Assembly: GCA_009691045.1 (NCBI GenBank)
Contig: SHWC01000004.1
Coordinates: 8,518-72,517, forward strand
Reading direction: 5' to 3'
Length of the DNA stretch: 64,000 bases
Source of the DNA: Alphaproteobacteria bacterium
GTDB lineage: Bacteria; Pseudomonadota; Alphaproteobacteria; UBA828
The notes below the pieces were generated by a model. The model ran no database searches. It had not been told where the DNA came from and saw only the letters and a list, made by a program, of their open reading frames with translations. Of the stretch, positions 39,530 through 48,564 are shown one piece after another. The first letter of the stretch is position 1, and each line of letters begins with the position of its first letter. The translations under genes and the position numbers were made by a program.

Positions 39530-41080
39530 TTAGCTTGGGGTCCCAATTTGAATGACGCGGTCCTTGGGCAGCAGGACCCGCACAATGGTGCCATGGCCGA
39601 ACGCGCTTTCAATGGCCAATGAGCCGCCATGGAGCTCGGTCAACGATTTTGCCAAAGGCAGGCCGAGCCCCGAGCCCTCATATTGCCGCGTGAGAGAGTC
39701 ATCGACCTGCCCGAAGAGCGACATGGCGATCGGGATTTCCTCAGGCGTCATACCACGACCCCTATCGGCAACGACAAACGCAATACCGCCCTGCGGCGCG
39801 GCCTCAAGCCTGAGCTCGGCGCGCCCACCGGCCGGCGTGAACTTGACGGCATTGTCCAATAGAGCGATCAGAGCCCGCTTGAATTTGTTCGCATCGAGAC
39901 TGAGTGTAGTCCCCCTGCCGGTCGCACGATCGACCAACTCAATGCCGGACTTTGAGGCGGTTGACGCAATGGCCGCCAAGCATTCCCTGATCAACAAATC
40001 CGCTTCCACGGGGCTCGATTTCAGCGCCTGCGCAGCGCTCTCGACTTTGCTTAAGGTCAGCACATCATTGATGATGCCAAGCAATTTCATGCTGCTTCCG
40101 TGGACTTCTTCCGAATAGTCGACATATTGCGGCGTGCCGAGCGGCCCCAATAATTGGCTTTTCATGATTTCCGAAAAGCCGATGATTGCATTGAGCGGCG
40201 TAAGCAGTTCGTGGCCCATCATCGCGAGGAAGCGCGACTTCGCCTCGCTGACCGCTTCGGCCAGTTTCCGTTGCGCATCGAGGTCGGCCGTGCGGTCTCG
40301 AACGCGTTTCTCAAGCGCGTGGTTGAGTTCTTTCAAATTTCTTTCCGAGTCACTCAACGCTTCGTTCGCCAGGCTCAGCGCCGCTTCGCGTTCGGCCTCG
40401 TGCTGAACCATCGCGTCATAGGCCTTGATCACCGTGCCAAGCTCGTCGCGGGTTTGGAGCCCGACATGCCGTCGCTCTCCCGATTCCGCATTCAGCCGAA
40501 TTGCCGACAAAAACGCCCGTAAGGGCCGCCCGACAATCAGTCGAAATCCGATGACCGAGGCGATGATGGCGAAGAAAAAGGCGAGACCCACGACCGAGAG
40601 CGCGAGCGTTACGGCCAGAAACCAGCCGTCTTTGAGCTCAGCATCGGTATAGCGGATCGTCAAGCGCTGCCCGGGGCCGGCCGGCAAAGTCAGAGTTTGG
40701 TCTATCTCGGCACCGCGGCAGCCCAGGCCAGGCGGCAATGCCGCGATGGGATCGCCCTCCCCCTTCCGCACCTCAGCGCAAAGGAAAGCTCGATCCGAGG
40801 CCAAGGGCGCCAAAAGATCCGGCCCCAGACGCGGCATGCTCGCCAGGTCATAGCGCCCGAGCGCGACCGCAATCCGCGCGGCTTGATTGCCTATGCGCGC
40901 CGCCAGAACTTCCTGGTCCTGCCGCAGCTCCAAATGCACCAGAAAGTTGATGCTCGGCGCCGACAGAACCAAAAAGAGCGGCGTCAGAATCTCCAGAAAT
41001 TTGACGAGGAGCGGATAACGCTGCGGCCAAAACCTGGAGGAAGTCGACCCACGCCCCTTGGTCAGGCCGATAGCGGCCAT
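39530..41080 (-). CDS. Sensor histidine kinase (2 TM, periplasmic loop, HAMP, HisKA, HATPase_c)
   Basis: It has the H-box MMGHELLTPLN, an N-box (LLDNAVKFT) and G-boxes (DRGRGM, GSGLGLPL). I chose the ATG at 41078-41080, which overlaps the upstream stop as TAATG. The ORF-track start at 41236 overlaps the upstream gene. Confidence 0.88.
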   Translation of the reverse strand: MAAIGLTKGRGSTSSRFWPQRYPLLVKFLEILTPLFLVLSAPSINFLVHLELRQDQEVLAARIGNQAARIAVALGRYDLASMPRLGPDLLAPLASDRAFLCAEVRKGEGDPIAALPPGLGCRGAEIDQTLTLPAGPGQRLTIRYTDAELKDGWFLAVTLALSVVGLAFFFAIIASVIGFRLIVGRPLRAFLSAIRLNAESGERRHVGLQTRDELGTVIKAYDAMVQHEAEREAALSLANEALSDSERNLKELNHALEKRVRDRTADLDAQRKLAEAVSEAKSRFLAMMGHELLTPLNAIIGFSEIMKSQLLGPLGTPQYVDYSEEVHGSSMKLLGIINDVLTLSKVESAAQALKSSPVEADLLIRECLAAIASTASKSGIELVDRATGRGTTLSLDANKFKRALIALLDNAVKFTPAGGRAELRLEAAPQGGIAFVVADRGRGMTPEEIPIAMSLFGQVDDSLTRQYEGSGLGLPLAKSLTELHGGSLAIESAFGHGTIVRVLLPKDRVIQIGTPS

Positions 41081-41484
41081 TACTCCATGCGGCTGATCTT
41101 GCCGTCCTTCATCAGGCCCTTGAGCATGACATGGTCGCCAAGCACGGTATGGAAGACGACATAGGAGTCGTCCTTGCGCGCCATGTAGAAGTCGACATTG
41201 GCGGTCTTGCCTTGATCGTCCTTGAAGTCGAAACAAAGGACGAAGTTGTTACCCATCCGCATGATTTCCGGATGCGCCGTCGTTAGATGCAACCCGCGGA
41301 CTTCGCCGCTCTTTTGATCGAGCGCCAAAAAGCGACCGTCGATCGATTGTGCGTCGATGTATTGCTGCATCGCGGCTTGGAGTTGAACCTTTTCGTTCAA
41401 CGTTTCGACCGCGACCGCCGCCGGCGCGCCGGACAGCACCCCAACCGCCGCAAGAGCCATGATAATTCGATGGGTGTAACGCAC
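41080..41484 (-). CDS. Hypothetical periplasmic protein, translationally coupled to the histidine kinase
   Basis: 134 aa from GTG, or 126 aa from the ATG at 41460. It has a signal peptide (MALAAVGVLSGAPAAVA). I recognise no family. Confidence 0.6.
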   Translation of the reverse strand: MRYTHRIIMALAAVGVLSGAPAAVAVETLNEKVQLQAAMQQYIDAQSIDGRFLALDQKSGEVRGLHLTTAHPEIMRMGNNFVLCFDFKDDQGKTANVDFYMARKDDSYVVFHTVLGDHVMLKGLMKDGKISRME

Positions 41485-41600
41485 GGGCTACCTAGATGAT
41501 TTGGTTGCGATTCCTCGCCCGATCATCGAGTGGCTGCTTTAAGATTTCGTGAAATGCCTTCAGCGTTGATTGACCGCACGCCCATGCCGCCGCGCGCGCG

Positions 41601-41894
41601 TCACGCCGTTTCGCTTTGACAAAATCCTTCAATATCTTGAATCGGCATGGTTTTTTCTTGAGCGTTATCGACCTTGGCGAACCTCGGTCCGCTCCGGCAG
41701 GCCTCAATCATGCCGGCAATCGAGGCTGGGTCGCCGATGAATAGCGCCTCGACCGTGCCATCGCGCATATTGCGCACCCAACCCCTGAGCCCGCGAGCTT
41801 TTGCCTCACGCTCGGCCCAGGCGCGATAGCCCACCCCCTGCACGCGGCCAGAGATGCGGACGAGGCGAGCGATGAATGGCGAGGAGTTAGACAT
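41601..41894 (-). CDS. acyP: Acylphosphatase
   Basis: The ATG at 41894 gives 97 aa. It has the ISGRVQGVGYR and RGWVRNMRDGTVEA motifs. The longer ORF-track version translates through the repeat element. Confidence 0.85.
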   Translation of the reverse strand: MSNSSPFIARLVRISGRVQGVGYRAWAEREAKARGLRGWVRNMRDGTVEALFIGDPASIAGMIEACRSGPRFAKVDNAQEKTMPIQDIEGFCQSETA

Positions 41895-42067
41895 CGCAAA
41901 AATTCCCTCTCCGCCCTTGGGGGCGGAGAGGGTCAGGGTGAGGTGGGGGCTTGTCGAGGTCAACGACGAGTAAAGTCAGAGGCGCCGCTGGGCGCCTGGG
42001 GCGCCCACCCCTACCCCTGCCCTTCCCCTCCCGCCGGGAGGGAAGGGTTGGTGCAACGTCGCGACGC
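41895..42067. repeat. GC-rich nested palindromic intergenic element (REP/BIME-like)
   Basis: Hairpin A is CCCTCTCCGCCC-TTGG-GGGCGGAGAGGG (41905-41932, a perfect 12 bp stem). Hairpin B is CCTTCCCCTCCCG-C-CGGGAGGGAAGG (42021-46, 12 bp with one bulge). The flanking arms CAGGGTGAGGTGGGGG and CCCACCCCTACCCCTG are imperfectly complementary. The centre holds three GGCGCC sites. Confidence 0.8.
41898..41932 (-). terminator. Candidate intrinsic terminator or RBS-sequestering hairpin between pccA and acyP
   Basis: On the minus strand the 12-bp GC stem of hairpin A is followed by AATTTTTGCG and then the acyP ATG. The 3' arm GGGCGGAGAGGG contains the only Shine-Dalgarno-like sequence for acyP. Confidence 0.45.
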
Positions 42068-44062
42068 TTACTCAAATTCCATGATCACCTGATCGACCGC
42101 CAGGCTATCGCCCTTGGCGGTGCGGATCTTGGCGACGCGACCATCGCGCTCGGCGCGCAATACGTTTTCCATTTTCATGGCATCGACGACCGCGAGCGGC
42201 TGGCCGGCCTTGATCAGATCGCCCTCGTGTACGGGAATCGAGACCACGAGGCCCGGCATGGGTGAAAGCAAAAAGCGTGACAGATCGGGCGGCTTCTTTA
42301 CGGGCATACGCGCGGCGAGTTTGGCGGCGCGTCGGCTCCTAACCAGCACCGGCACATCAATGCCACGCCAGCTGAGCCTGAGCCGCGTGCCATGGCGATC
42401 CACCTGCACGCTGATTGGCCGCCCGTCGACCCGACCGATAAATAGTTTGTCGGCTGGCGTCCACGCACTCTCGACCGTCAGGCGCTGACCCTCATGCTCG
42501 ACCACGATTTGCTCTTCGTGGTTCACCACCACGCCAACCTTGTGGCTGACCGCGCCAATCGTGACCGACAATTCATGGCTTGGAAGCACCGAGAGGCCGC
42601 GCGCCTGGCCCGAGATTTTCATGGCGCGCGCCTGAAGCCGATATTGCACCGCGCCCGCGACCGCGACCATCACCTTGAGCGCATCGGGCGTTAGCGTTGC
42701 ACCGGCATAGCCCTTAGGAAATTCCTCGGCGATGAAGCCGGTCGAAAGCCGCCCCTCGCGGAATCGCTGATGGCCAAGGATGTCAGTTAGAAAGCCGATA
42801 TTGTGCAGAATGCCGCGCACATAATAACCATCGAGCCCATCGCGCAGCCGGTCGATCGCCTGGTCTCGCGTGGCGCCGTGCGCGATCACCTTGGCGACCA
42901 TAGGGTCGTAATACATGCTGATTTCGGCGCCTTCTTCGACGCCGGTATCAATCCGCAAATGATCATCGGTCACCGGCTCGCGATAGCCGATCAGCCGGCC
43001 GATCGAGGGCACGAAGCCGCGTGCGGGATCCTCAGCATAGACGCGCACTTCGACCGCCCACCCATCGATCTTCACATCGGCCTGCTTGAGCGCGAGCTTT
43101 TCGCCGGCCGCGATCCGGATCATCTGCTCGACGAGGTCGATACCGGTGGTCATCTCGGTCACCGGATGCTCGACCTGGAGCCGCGTGTTCATTTCGAGAA
43201 AATAGAAGTGCTTATCCTGGTCGGCCACGAACTCGACCGTGCCGGCCGAGTGATAGCCGACCGCCTTGGCGAGCGCGACCGCCTGCTCGCCCATCGCCTT
43301 GCGCGTTTTTGCATCAAGCAGCGGGCTCGGCGCCTCTTCGATCACCTTTTGATGGCGGCGTTGGATCGAGCATTCGCGTTCGTTCAAATAAATCATATGG
43401 CCGGTCCGATCGGCCAGCACCTGGATTTCGATATGGCGCGGATTGACGATGAATTTCTCAATGAAGACGCGGCCATCGCCAAAGGACGCCGTCGCCTCAT
43501 TGATCGCCGATTGCATGGACTCGCGCAGCTCGGCCTCCGAGTGCGCGAGCCTCATGCCCTTGCCGCCACCGCCGGCCGCCGCCTTGATCATCACCGGATA
43601 GCCGATACCGGCGGCGATTTGGACCGCCTCGCTTAAGTCCGCAATCGGTCGGTCGACGCCCGGCACGGTCGAGACACCGGCGGCGCGCGCGAGCTTCTTC
43701 GATTCGATCTTATCGCCCATCGCGGCGATGGCCTTGGCCGGCGGGCCGATGAACACGAGGCCCGCTTTCTCGACCGCCTCGGCGAATGAGGCCTTTTCGG
43801 AGAGGAAGCCAAAGCCCGGATGGATCGCCTCGGCGCCGGTCTGTTTGGCCGCCGCGATAATCGCATCGGCCTTCAAATAGCTCTCGGCCGCCGGCGGCTT
43901 GCCGATCAGCACTGCCTCATCGGCCATGCGCACATGCAGCCCATCGGCGTCCGCCTCGGAATAAACCGCGACCGTTTTAATGCCCATACGCTTCGCCGTG
44001 CGAATCACGCGGCAGGCAATCTCACCTCGATTGGCGATCAGAATTTTTCGGAACATGGTCAT
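42068..44062 (-). CDS. pccA: Propionyl-CoA carboxylase alpha subunit (biotin carboxylase plus BCCP)
   Basis: 664 aa. It has the N-terminal MFRKILIANRGEIACRVIRT and an ATP-grasp domain. The C-terminal biotinylation motif AMKMENVLRAE is PCC-type rather than MCC-type. It is adjacent to pccB. Confidence 0.85.
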   Translation of the reverse strand: MTMFRKILIANRGEIACRVIRTAKRMGIKTVAVYSEADADGLHVRMADEAVLIGKPPAAESYLKADAIIAAAKQTGAEAIHPGFGFLSEKASFAEAVEKAGLVFIGPPAKAIAAMGDKIESKKLARAAGVSTVPGVDRPIADLSEAVQIAAGIGYPVMIKAAAGGGGKGMRLAHSEAELRESMQSAINEATASFGDGRVFIEKFIVNPRHIEIQVLADRTGHMIYLNERECSIQRRHQKVIEEAPSPLLDAKTRKAMGEQAVALAKAVGYHSAGTVEFVADQDKHFYFLEMNTRLQVEHPVTEMTTGIDLVEQMIRIAAGEKLALKQADVKIDGWAVEVRVYAEDPARGFVPSIGRLIGYREPVTDDHLRIDTGVEEGAEISMYYDPMVAKVIAHGATRDQAIDRLRDGLDGYYVRGILHNIGFLTDILGHQRFREGRLSTGFIAEEFPKGYAGATLTPDALKVMVAVAGAVQYRLQARAMKISGQARGLSVLPSHELSVTIGAVSHKVGVVVNHEEQIVVEHEGQRLTVESAWTPADKLFIGRVDGRPISVQVDRHGTRLRLSWRGIDVPVLVRSRRAAKLAARMPVKKPPDLSRFLLSPMPGLVVSIPVHEGDLIKAGQPLAVVDAMKMENVLRAERDGRVAKIRTAKGDSLAVDQVIMEFE

Positions 44063-44097
44063 GCCTGTCCCGTCATCATCGCTACACCAACATCGTC

Positions 44098-44184
44098 ATG
44101 GCCGGACGAAGACCCGGCCATCCATGCTTCGGCGGCACGGACCGTGACCATGTCCCTCTGGATGGCCCGGTCGAGCCGGGCCAT
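44098..44184. repeat. Pair of ATGGCC(C)GG...CC(G)GGCCAT palindromes (Bradyrhizobium-type intergenic repeat)
   Basis: The first is ATGGCCGG-N8-CCGGCCAT (44098-44121). The second is ATGGCCCGG-TCGAG-CCGGGCCAT (44162-44184). Both lie in the pccB-pccA spacer. The minus strand reads GTCATGGCCCGGCTCGACCGGGCCATCCA ... TGGATGGCCGGGTCTTCGTCCGGCCATGACG. Confidence 0.8.
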
Positions 44185-44216
44185 GACGATAGTAAAAGCG
44201 ATACCGACACGTATCA

Positions 44217-45749
44217 TCACAGCGGCACATTCCCGTGTTTCTTCCACGGATTGCTGAGTTGTTTGTTGCGCAGCATGGCAAGCGCGCGGGCGATGCGCTT
44301 GCGCGTGGTGCGCGGCATGATCACGTCGTCGAGGAACCCCCGGCTCGCCGCGACGAACGGATTGGCGAATTTCTCGCGATATTCCTCGGTCTTGGCCTCG
44401 ACCGCGCCCGGCTCTTTCAACGCGCCGCGAAAGATGATCTCGACCGCGCCCTTTGGCCCCATCACCGCAATCTCGGCGGTCGGCCAAGCGTAATTCACAT
44501 CGCCGCGCAAATGTTTCGAGCTCATCACGTCATAGGCGCCGCCATAGGCCTTGCGCGTGATCAACGTGACCTTGGGCACGGTGGCTTCGGCGAAGGCATA
44601 AAGCAGCTTCGAGCCGTGCGTGATGATGCCGCCATGTTCTTGCGCGGTGCCGGGCAGAAAGCCGGGCACATCGACTAGCGTGACGATCGGGATGTTGAAG
44701 CAATCGCAGAACCGCACGAAGCGCGCGGCCTTGCGTGAGGAATCGATATCGAGGCACCCGGCCAGCACCATTGGCTGATTGGCGACGATGCCGATGGTCG
44801 AGCCATCAATGCGCCCGAAGCCGATGATGATGTTCTTCGCATAGGTCGGTTTCAGCTCGAAAAAATCACCCTCATCGACCACCTTGAAAATCAGCTCGCG
44901 CATGTCATAGGGCTTGTTCGGATTGGCCGGCACGAGTGTGTCGAGCGAGGGTTCTTCGCGATCGAGCGAATCGTTGGTCGGCAGGATCGGCGGTTTCTCG
45001 CGGTTATTCGCCGGCAGGAAATCGAAGAAGCGCCGCGTCTCGGCGAGCGCGATCACATCATCGGCGAGCGCGAGGTCAGCCACGCCCGAGCGGCTGGTGT
45101 GGCTTTTGGCACCGCCGAGGTCTTCGTGCGTGACCACCTCATGCGTCACGGTCTTCACCACATCGGGCCCGGTGACGAACATGTAGGACGTATCTTCGAC
45201 CATAAAGATGAAATCAGTCATAGCCGGCGAATAAACCGCACCGCCCGCGCAAGGCCCCATGATCAGCGAAAGCTGCGGCACGACGCCGGACGCCATGACA
45301 TTGCGCTGAAACACCTCGGCATAACCGGCGAGCGAGGCGACCCCCTCATGGATGCGCGCGCCGCCCGAATCATTGAGCCCGATCACCGGCGCGCCCACCT
45401 TCATGGCCTGGTCCATGATCTTGCAAATCTTTTCGGCGTGCGGCTCGGAGAGCGAGCCGCCGAACACCGTGAAGTCTTGGCTGAACACAAAGACCAGCCG
45501 GCCATTGATCGTGCCGTGCCCGGTCACCACGCCATCGCCCGGCACCTTGTTCGACGCCATGTCGAAATCGGCGCAGCGATGCTCGACGAACATATCGATT
45601 TCTTCGAAGCTGCCAGGATCGAGCAGAAGCTCAAGCCGCTCGCGCGCGGAGAGCTTGCCCTTGGCATGCTGTGCTTCGATGCGGGCCTGCCCACCGCCCA
45701 ACCGCGCGGCGGCGCGTTTCGCTTCGAGCTTCGCGATGATGTCCTGCAT
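44217..45749 (-). CDS. pccB: Propionyl-CoA carboxylase beta subunit (carboxyltransferase)
   Basis: The ATG at 45749 gives 510 aa starting [20 protein letters not shown]. It has [18 protein letters not shown] and [13 protein letters not shown] motifs. Confidence 0.92.
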   Translation of the reverse strand: MQDIIAKLEAKRAAARLGGGQARIEAQHAKGKLSARERLELLLDPGSFEEIDMFVEHRCADFDMASNKVPGDGVVTGHGTINGRLVFVFSQDFTVFGGSLSEPHAEKICKIMDQAMKVGAPVIGLNDSGGARIHEGVASLAGYAEVFQRNVMASGVVPQLSLIMGPCAGGAVYSPAMTDFIFMVEDTSYMFVTGPDVVKTVTHEVVTHEDLGGAKSHTSRSGVADLALADDVIALAETRRFFDFLPANNREKPPILPTNDSLDREEPSLDTLVPANPNKPYDMRELIFKVVDEGDFFELKPTYAKNIIIGFGRIDGSTIGIVANQPMVLAGCLDIDSSRKAARFVRFCDCFNIPIVTLVDVPGFLPGTAQEHGGIITHGSKLLYAFAEATVPKVTLITRKAYGGAYDVMSSKHLRGDVNYAWPTAEIAVMGPKGAVEIIFRGALKEPGAVEAKTEEYREKFANPFVAASRGFLDDVIMPRTTRKRIARALAMLRNKQLSNPWKKHGNVPL

Positions 45750-45841
45750 GGCTCCAACCGGCGCTGGTGGCTCAATGACCGTTCGATGACGGGTTTGCAG
45801 ATAGCATGAACCCCCGCCGCCCGCTACATACGGCATTGGGG

Positions 45842-46546
45842 TCAGGCGCCGAGCAGTTTGACCGTGAGCGCCGCCGCGTCGAGATCGGCACGAAGCGCGG
45901 CGCGGCGGGCCTCGAATTCCGCGTCCGTGCCCCATTGCTCGATCTGAAAGGTTTCGTCGATTTGGGAAGCCTGGAACGCCGCCTCCGCCTCCAGCCGGCC
46001 AGCGATCAAGGCCAGAGCCAAAACCAGCGAGCCGCTCGCCCCGGTCGCCAAATGAGCCGCGACCAGGCGAAAATCATCGAGCGCCGCAGCGGCGTCCCTA
46101 AGCCGCGCAATGGCGTCCCTCGGCTGCTCGATCGGCTTGATGCCAGCCCCGACCTCCAAGGTCGCGCCATGGGTTTGCGCGGCCCAGTCGAGCCAGGGAT
46201 CCCAGGCCTTGGCCTGACGCTCGGTCAACCGCGCCGGCGCCGCGGCCCGATAGCAGAGGAGATCCGACCCGGCATAGCCGGCGAGCTCGTCCAACAGGGC
46301 ATCGCGCTCCCGGCACGCGCGGTCGAGTGCCGTGCAGGCGAGGCGCGTCAGGCGCATGGCGTCGCGCGCGATGACCTCGGTTTGTCCGGCCCATTCGTCG
46401 GCGATCGCCTGGGCGAAACCCGGAGTCGGCACAACGAGCGAAGCCTTAAGCGGAGTCTTGATCGGCTTGTCGTCAAGCGCGACGCCAAAGCCGTCCTCAA
46501 GCGGGATCGCGCGCGCGTCCTTGTAAAACCGCTTCATCGCGCTCAA
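45842..46546 (-). CDS. ATP12 family F1-ATPase assembly chaperone
   Basis: 234 aa. MKRFYKDA...LDDKPIKTP...ADEW is typical of bacterial ATP12 homologues. Confidence 0.8.
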   Translation of the reverse strand: MSAMKRFYKDARAIPLEDGFGVALDDKPIKTPLKASLVVPTPGFAQAIADEWAGQTEVIARDAMRLTRLACTALDRACRERDALLDELAGYAGSDLLCYRAAAPARLTERQAKAWDPWLDWAAQTHGATLEVGAGIKPIEQPRDAIARLRDAAAALDDFRLVAAHLATGASGSLVLALALIAGRLEAEAAFQASQIDETFQIEQWGTDAEFEARRAALRADLDAAALTVKLLGA

Positions 46547-48564
46547 TCGAAAATACTGCCAATGCCCTTGCCGATGCTGCCGAGGCCATCGCCGACACCC
46601 TCAATCACGCTATCGACCGGGCCCGCCTTTTTCTTTTTGCCACCGGCTTTCTTGGTCGCCTCGGCGGCGCCTTTTTTGAGCGCGGCGACGCACGGGTTTT
46701 TGTCGCCACTGCCGGCACTGACAAAGGGAATCAGAATACCGAGCGGGTTGATCAGCGTCCCCAGCGCAGACCCCGCGACGCCTAAGGCAACCGCCTCAGA
46801 ATCGGGCGCCGCACTCGGATTGTTGAGCGGGCCCTCGACCAGGATCGGCACCGCCAATCTGAACAATGAGGGATCCTTTGGCTTCGGCACTAGCCGCAAG
46901 TCCAAGCGCTCGCGCGCGAGATCGATCGTGCCATCGCCGCCCATGGTCATTTTGTCGGTGTCGAGCAATAAGCGCTCAGCGGTCATGACACCCCGCTCGA
47001 TCGGGAAGCGCGCCACCATGCAATTCACATTGCTGAAATTCTTGTCGGCATTCCACGGCATCAGCCTTTGCACCAAATCGGCCGCGAGCAAATCGACCAA
47101 CGCATTGTCGATGCGCCCCCGCGCCATGGCGAGATCGAGACGCCCGGCAAGGGTGCTGGCCAAAGAGCGGGGCGAATCGCCGACCGCGCGCAAATCGGCA
47201 TCGATGTCGACCTTGCCTTGCGCGGATTGATCGATCTCGAGCAATGTCAGCGCTTGGCCCAGCTCGATGCCGCGGATCGTGCCGCGCAGCGCCAAAGACG
47301 GCACCTTGGCGCTGGCGTCGAGACGGGCCTCGCCATCGAGCGCGCCGCCAGCCAGTTTGAACGCGAGCGGCTTCAACGTCGCGGTCTTCTTCCGCACGGT
47401 CAGTGTGGTCGCTAAATCGGCAAATTGCGTACCGCGATAGATGGCTTTCTGGGCCGAAAGGTCGAGTTCAATATCGGCATCGTCGAGCCAGCCGATGTCG
47501 ATCGCATCGTCATCAAAAATGGGCGTGTTGGGCAGCTTCTTGGCCGCTTCTTTTTCAACGAGAAAGCGATCGAGGTCGATGGTCGTGGCGGCGAGCGAGC
47601 CGGTTAGGCGCGGGATATCGGCCAGGGCCAGTTTGAGCCCACCGGTTATTTTGGTGTCGCCGAGCATGCCGTCGATCTGATCGAACGCAAAGGCCTTGCC
47701 GCCGCCGGTCAGGTGCCCCTTGAGCGATAGCGGCCCGATATCCGGCGGCGCGGTATCGCCGCCACTCAGCGCGCCAAGCTTGGCCAAGCTATCGGCGGAC
47801 AGCACCGCCGCGACATCGAGCCCATCCATATCCGCGGGCGCATCGATCGTACCCTCCAGCGCCAGGGCAACATCGCCGGCCTTAAGATCGAGCTTGAGCG
47901 GCGCCTTGGGGCCGCGCCGACCGATCGTCGCCTTGGTTGTCAGCGGTAGATCGTTGAACGTGCCCTTGGCATCGAGCGAGACGACATTTACCGCCGGATC
48001 GCGTCCCCCGGTCGCCGTGTCGATTTTGATCGTTCGTGTCTCGCCCTTCGGGCCGTCGCGCATGGTGACGAGCGAATCGCGGACGTCAAGCTCGTCCGCC
48101 GCGAACAGATCGGATTGACCCTCCGACGATTTGCCATCGTCCGTAAACGGCCAATTCGATTCCCCCTTGGGGTTGGTCTCAAGCAGAAGGTCGGCGCCCT
48201 CGATCACCAAGCGCTGGGTTTCGATCCGCCCACTCAGCATGGGGAACAGACTGACCTTCACCTCAAACCGGCGCGCGGTGAGCATGGCCGGCCGGCTACC
48301 CCATGACGCATTCGCCATCGAGACCTCTTCGGCCACGATCGAGGGCGAAAAGCCGATCGACAGCTCGAAGGCCCCATGAATTTGCACGTCGCGGCCGGTT
48401 TCTTTGCTCAACTCGGCGGTGATGAGATTCTTGAACGCGCTGACGTCTTTGTTGGCGAGGATGATGGCGCCGACCGCGATGAGAATGACGACGACACCGC
48501 CGAGCCCCGCCGGCACCATCCACCAGCGAAAGCGCAAGCGCCGCCCTACTTGCTTAGCCGCCAT
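46543..48564 (-). CDS. AsmA family outer-membrane biogenesis protein
   Basis: I chose the ATG at 48564 (MAAKQVGRRLRFRWWMVPAG...). It has an N-terminal TM anchor, a long beta-rich repetitive body and a C-terminal AsmA_2-like region. Confidence 0.75.
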   Translation of the reverse strand: MAAKQVGRRLRFRWWMVPAGLGGVVVILIAVGAIILANKDVSAFKNLITAELSKETGRDVQIHGAFELSIGFSPSIVAEEVSMANASWGSRPAMLTARRFEVKVSLFPMLSGRIETQRLVIEGADLLLETNPKGESNWPFTDDGKSSEGQSDLFAADELDVRDSLVTMRDGPKGETRTIKIDTATGGRDPAVNVVSLDAKGTFNDLPLTTKATIGRRGPKAPLKLDLKAGDVALALEGTIDAPADMDGLDVAAVLSADSLAKLGALSGGDTAPPDIGPLSLKGHLTGGGKAFAFDQIDGMLGDTKITGGLKLALADIPRLTGSLAATTIDLDRFLVEKEAAKKLPNTPIFDDDAIDIGWLDDADIELDLSAQKAIYRGTQFADLATTLTVRKKTATLKPLAFKLAGGALDGEARLDASAKVPSLALRGTIRGIELGQALTLLEIDQSAQGKVDIDADLRAVGDSPRSLASTLAGRLDLAMARGRIDNALVDLLAADLVQRLMPWNADKNFSNVNCMVARFPIERGVMTAERLLLDTDKMTMGGDGTIDLARERLDLRLVPKPKDPSLFRLAVPILVEGPLNNPSAAPDSEAVALGVAGSALGTLINPLGILIPFVSAGSGDKNPCVAALKKGAAEATKKAGGKKKKAGPVDSVIEGVGDGLGSIGKGIGSIFD

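Noticed and set aside
41492-41707. 71-aa minus-strand ORF overlapping the acylphosphatase gene
   Set aside because: It is out of frame with, and overlaps, a gene with clear acylphosphatase motifs.
42068-44062. Possibility that this biotin carboxylase/BCCP gene is MccA, the partner of the orphan mccB
   Set aside because: The C-terminal AMKMENVLRAE motif and the adjacency to pccB favour PccA. This is not excluded without a phylogeny (see the mccB finding).
45750-45935. 62-aa N-terminal extension of pccB. The same kind of extension occurs for the histidine kinase (to 41236), recG (from 6339), rpsC, rpsH, rpsQ, rpmD and acyP.
   Set aside because: The ORF track begins at the first possible start codon. 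Conserved protein N-termini and upstream gene ends place the real starts downstream.
45806-47230. 474-aa plus-strand ORF antisense to the ATP12 and AsmA genes
   Set aside because: The translation is Arg/Pro/Ser-rich and low in complexity, with no motifs. It lies fully opposite two well-supported genes. This is the typical shadow ORF of GC-rich DNA.
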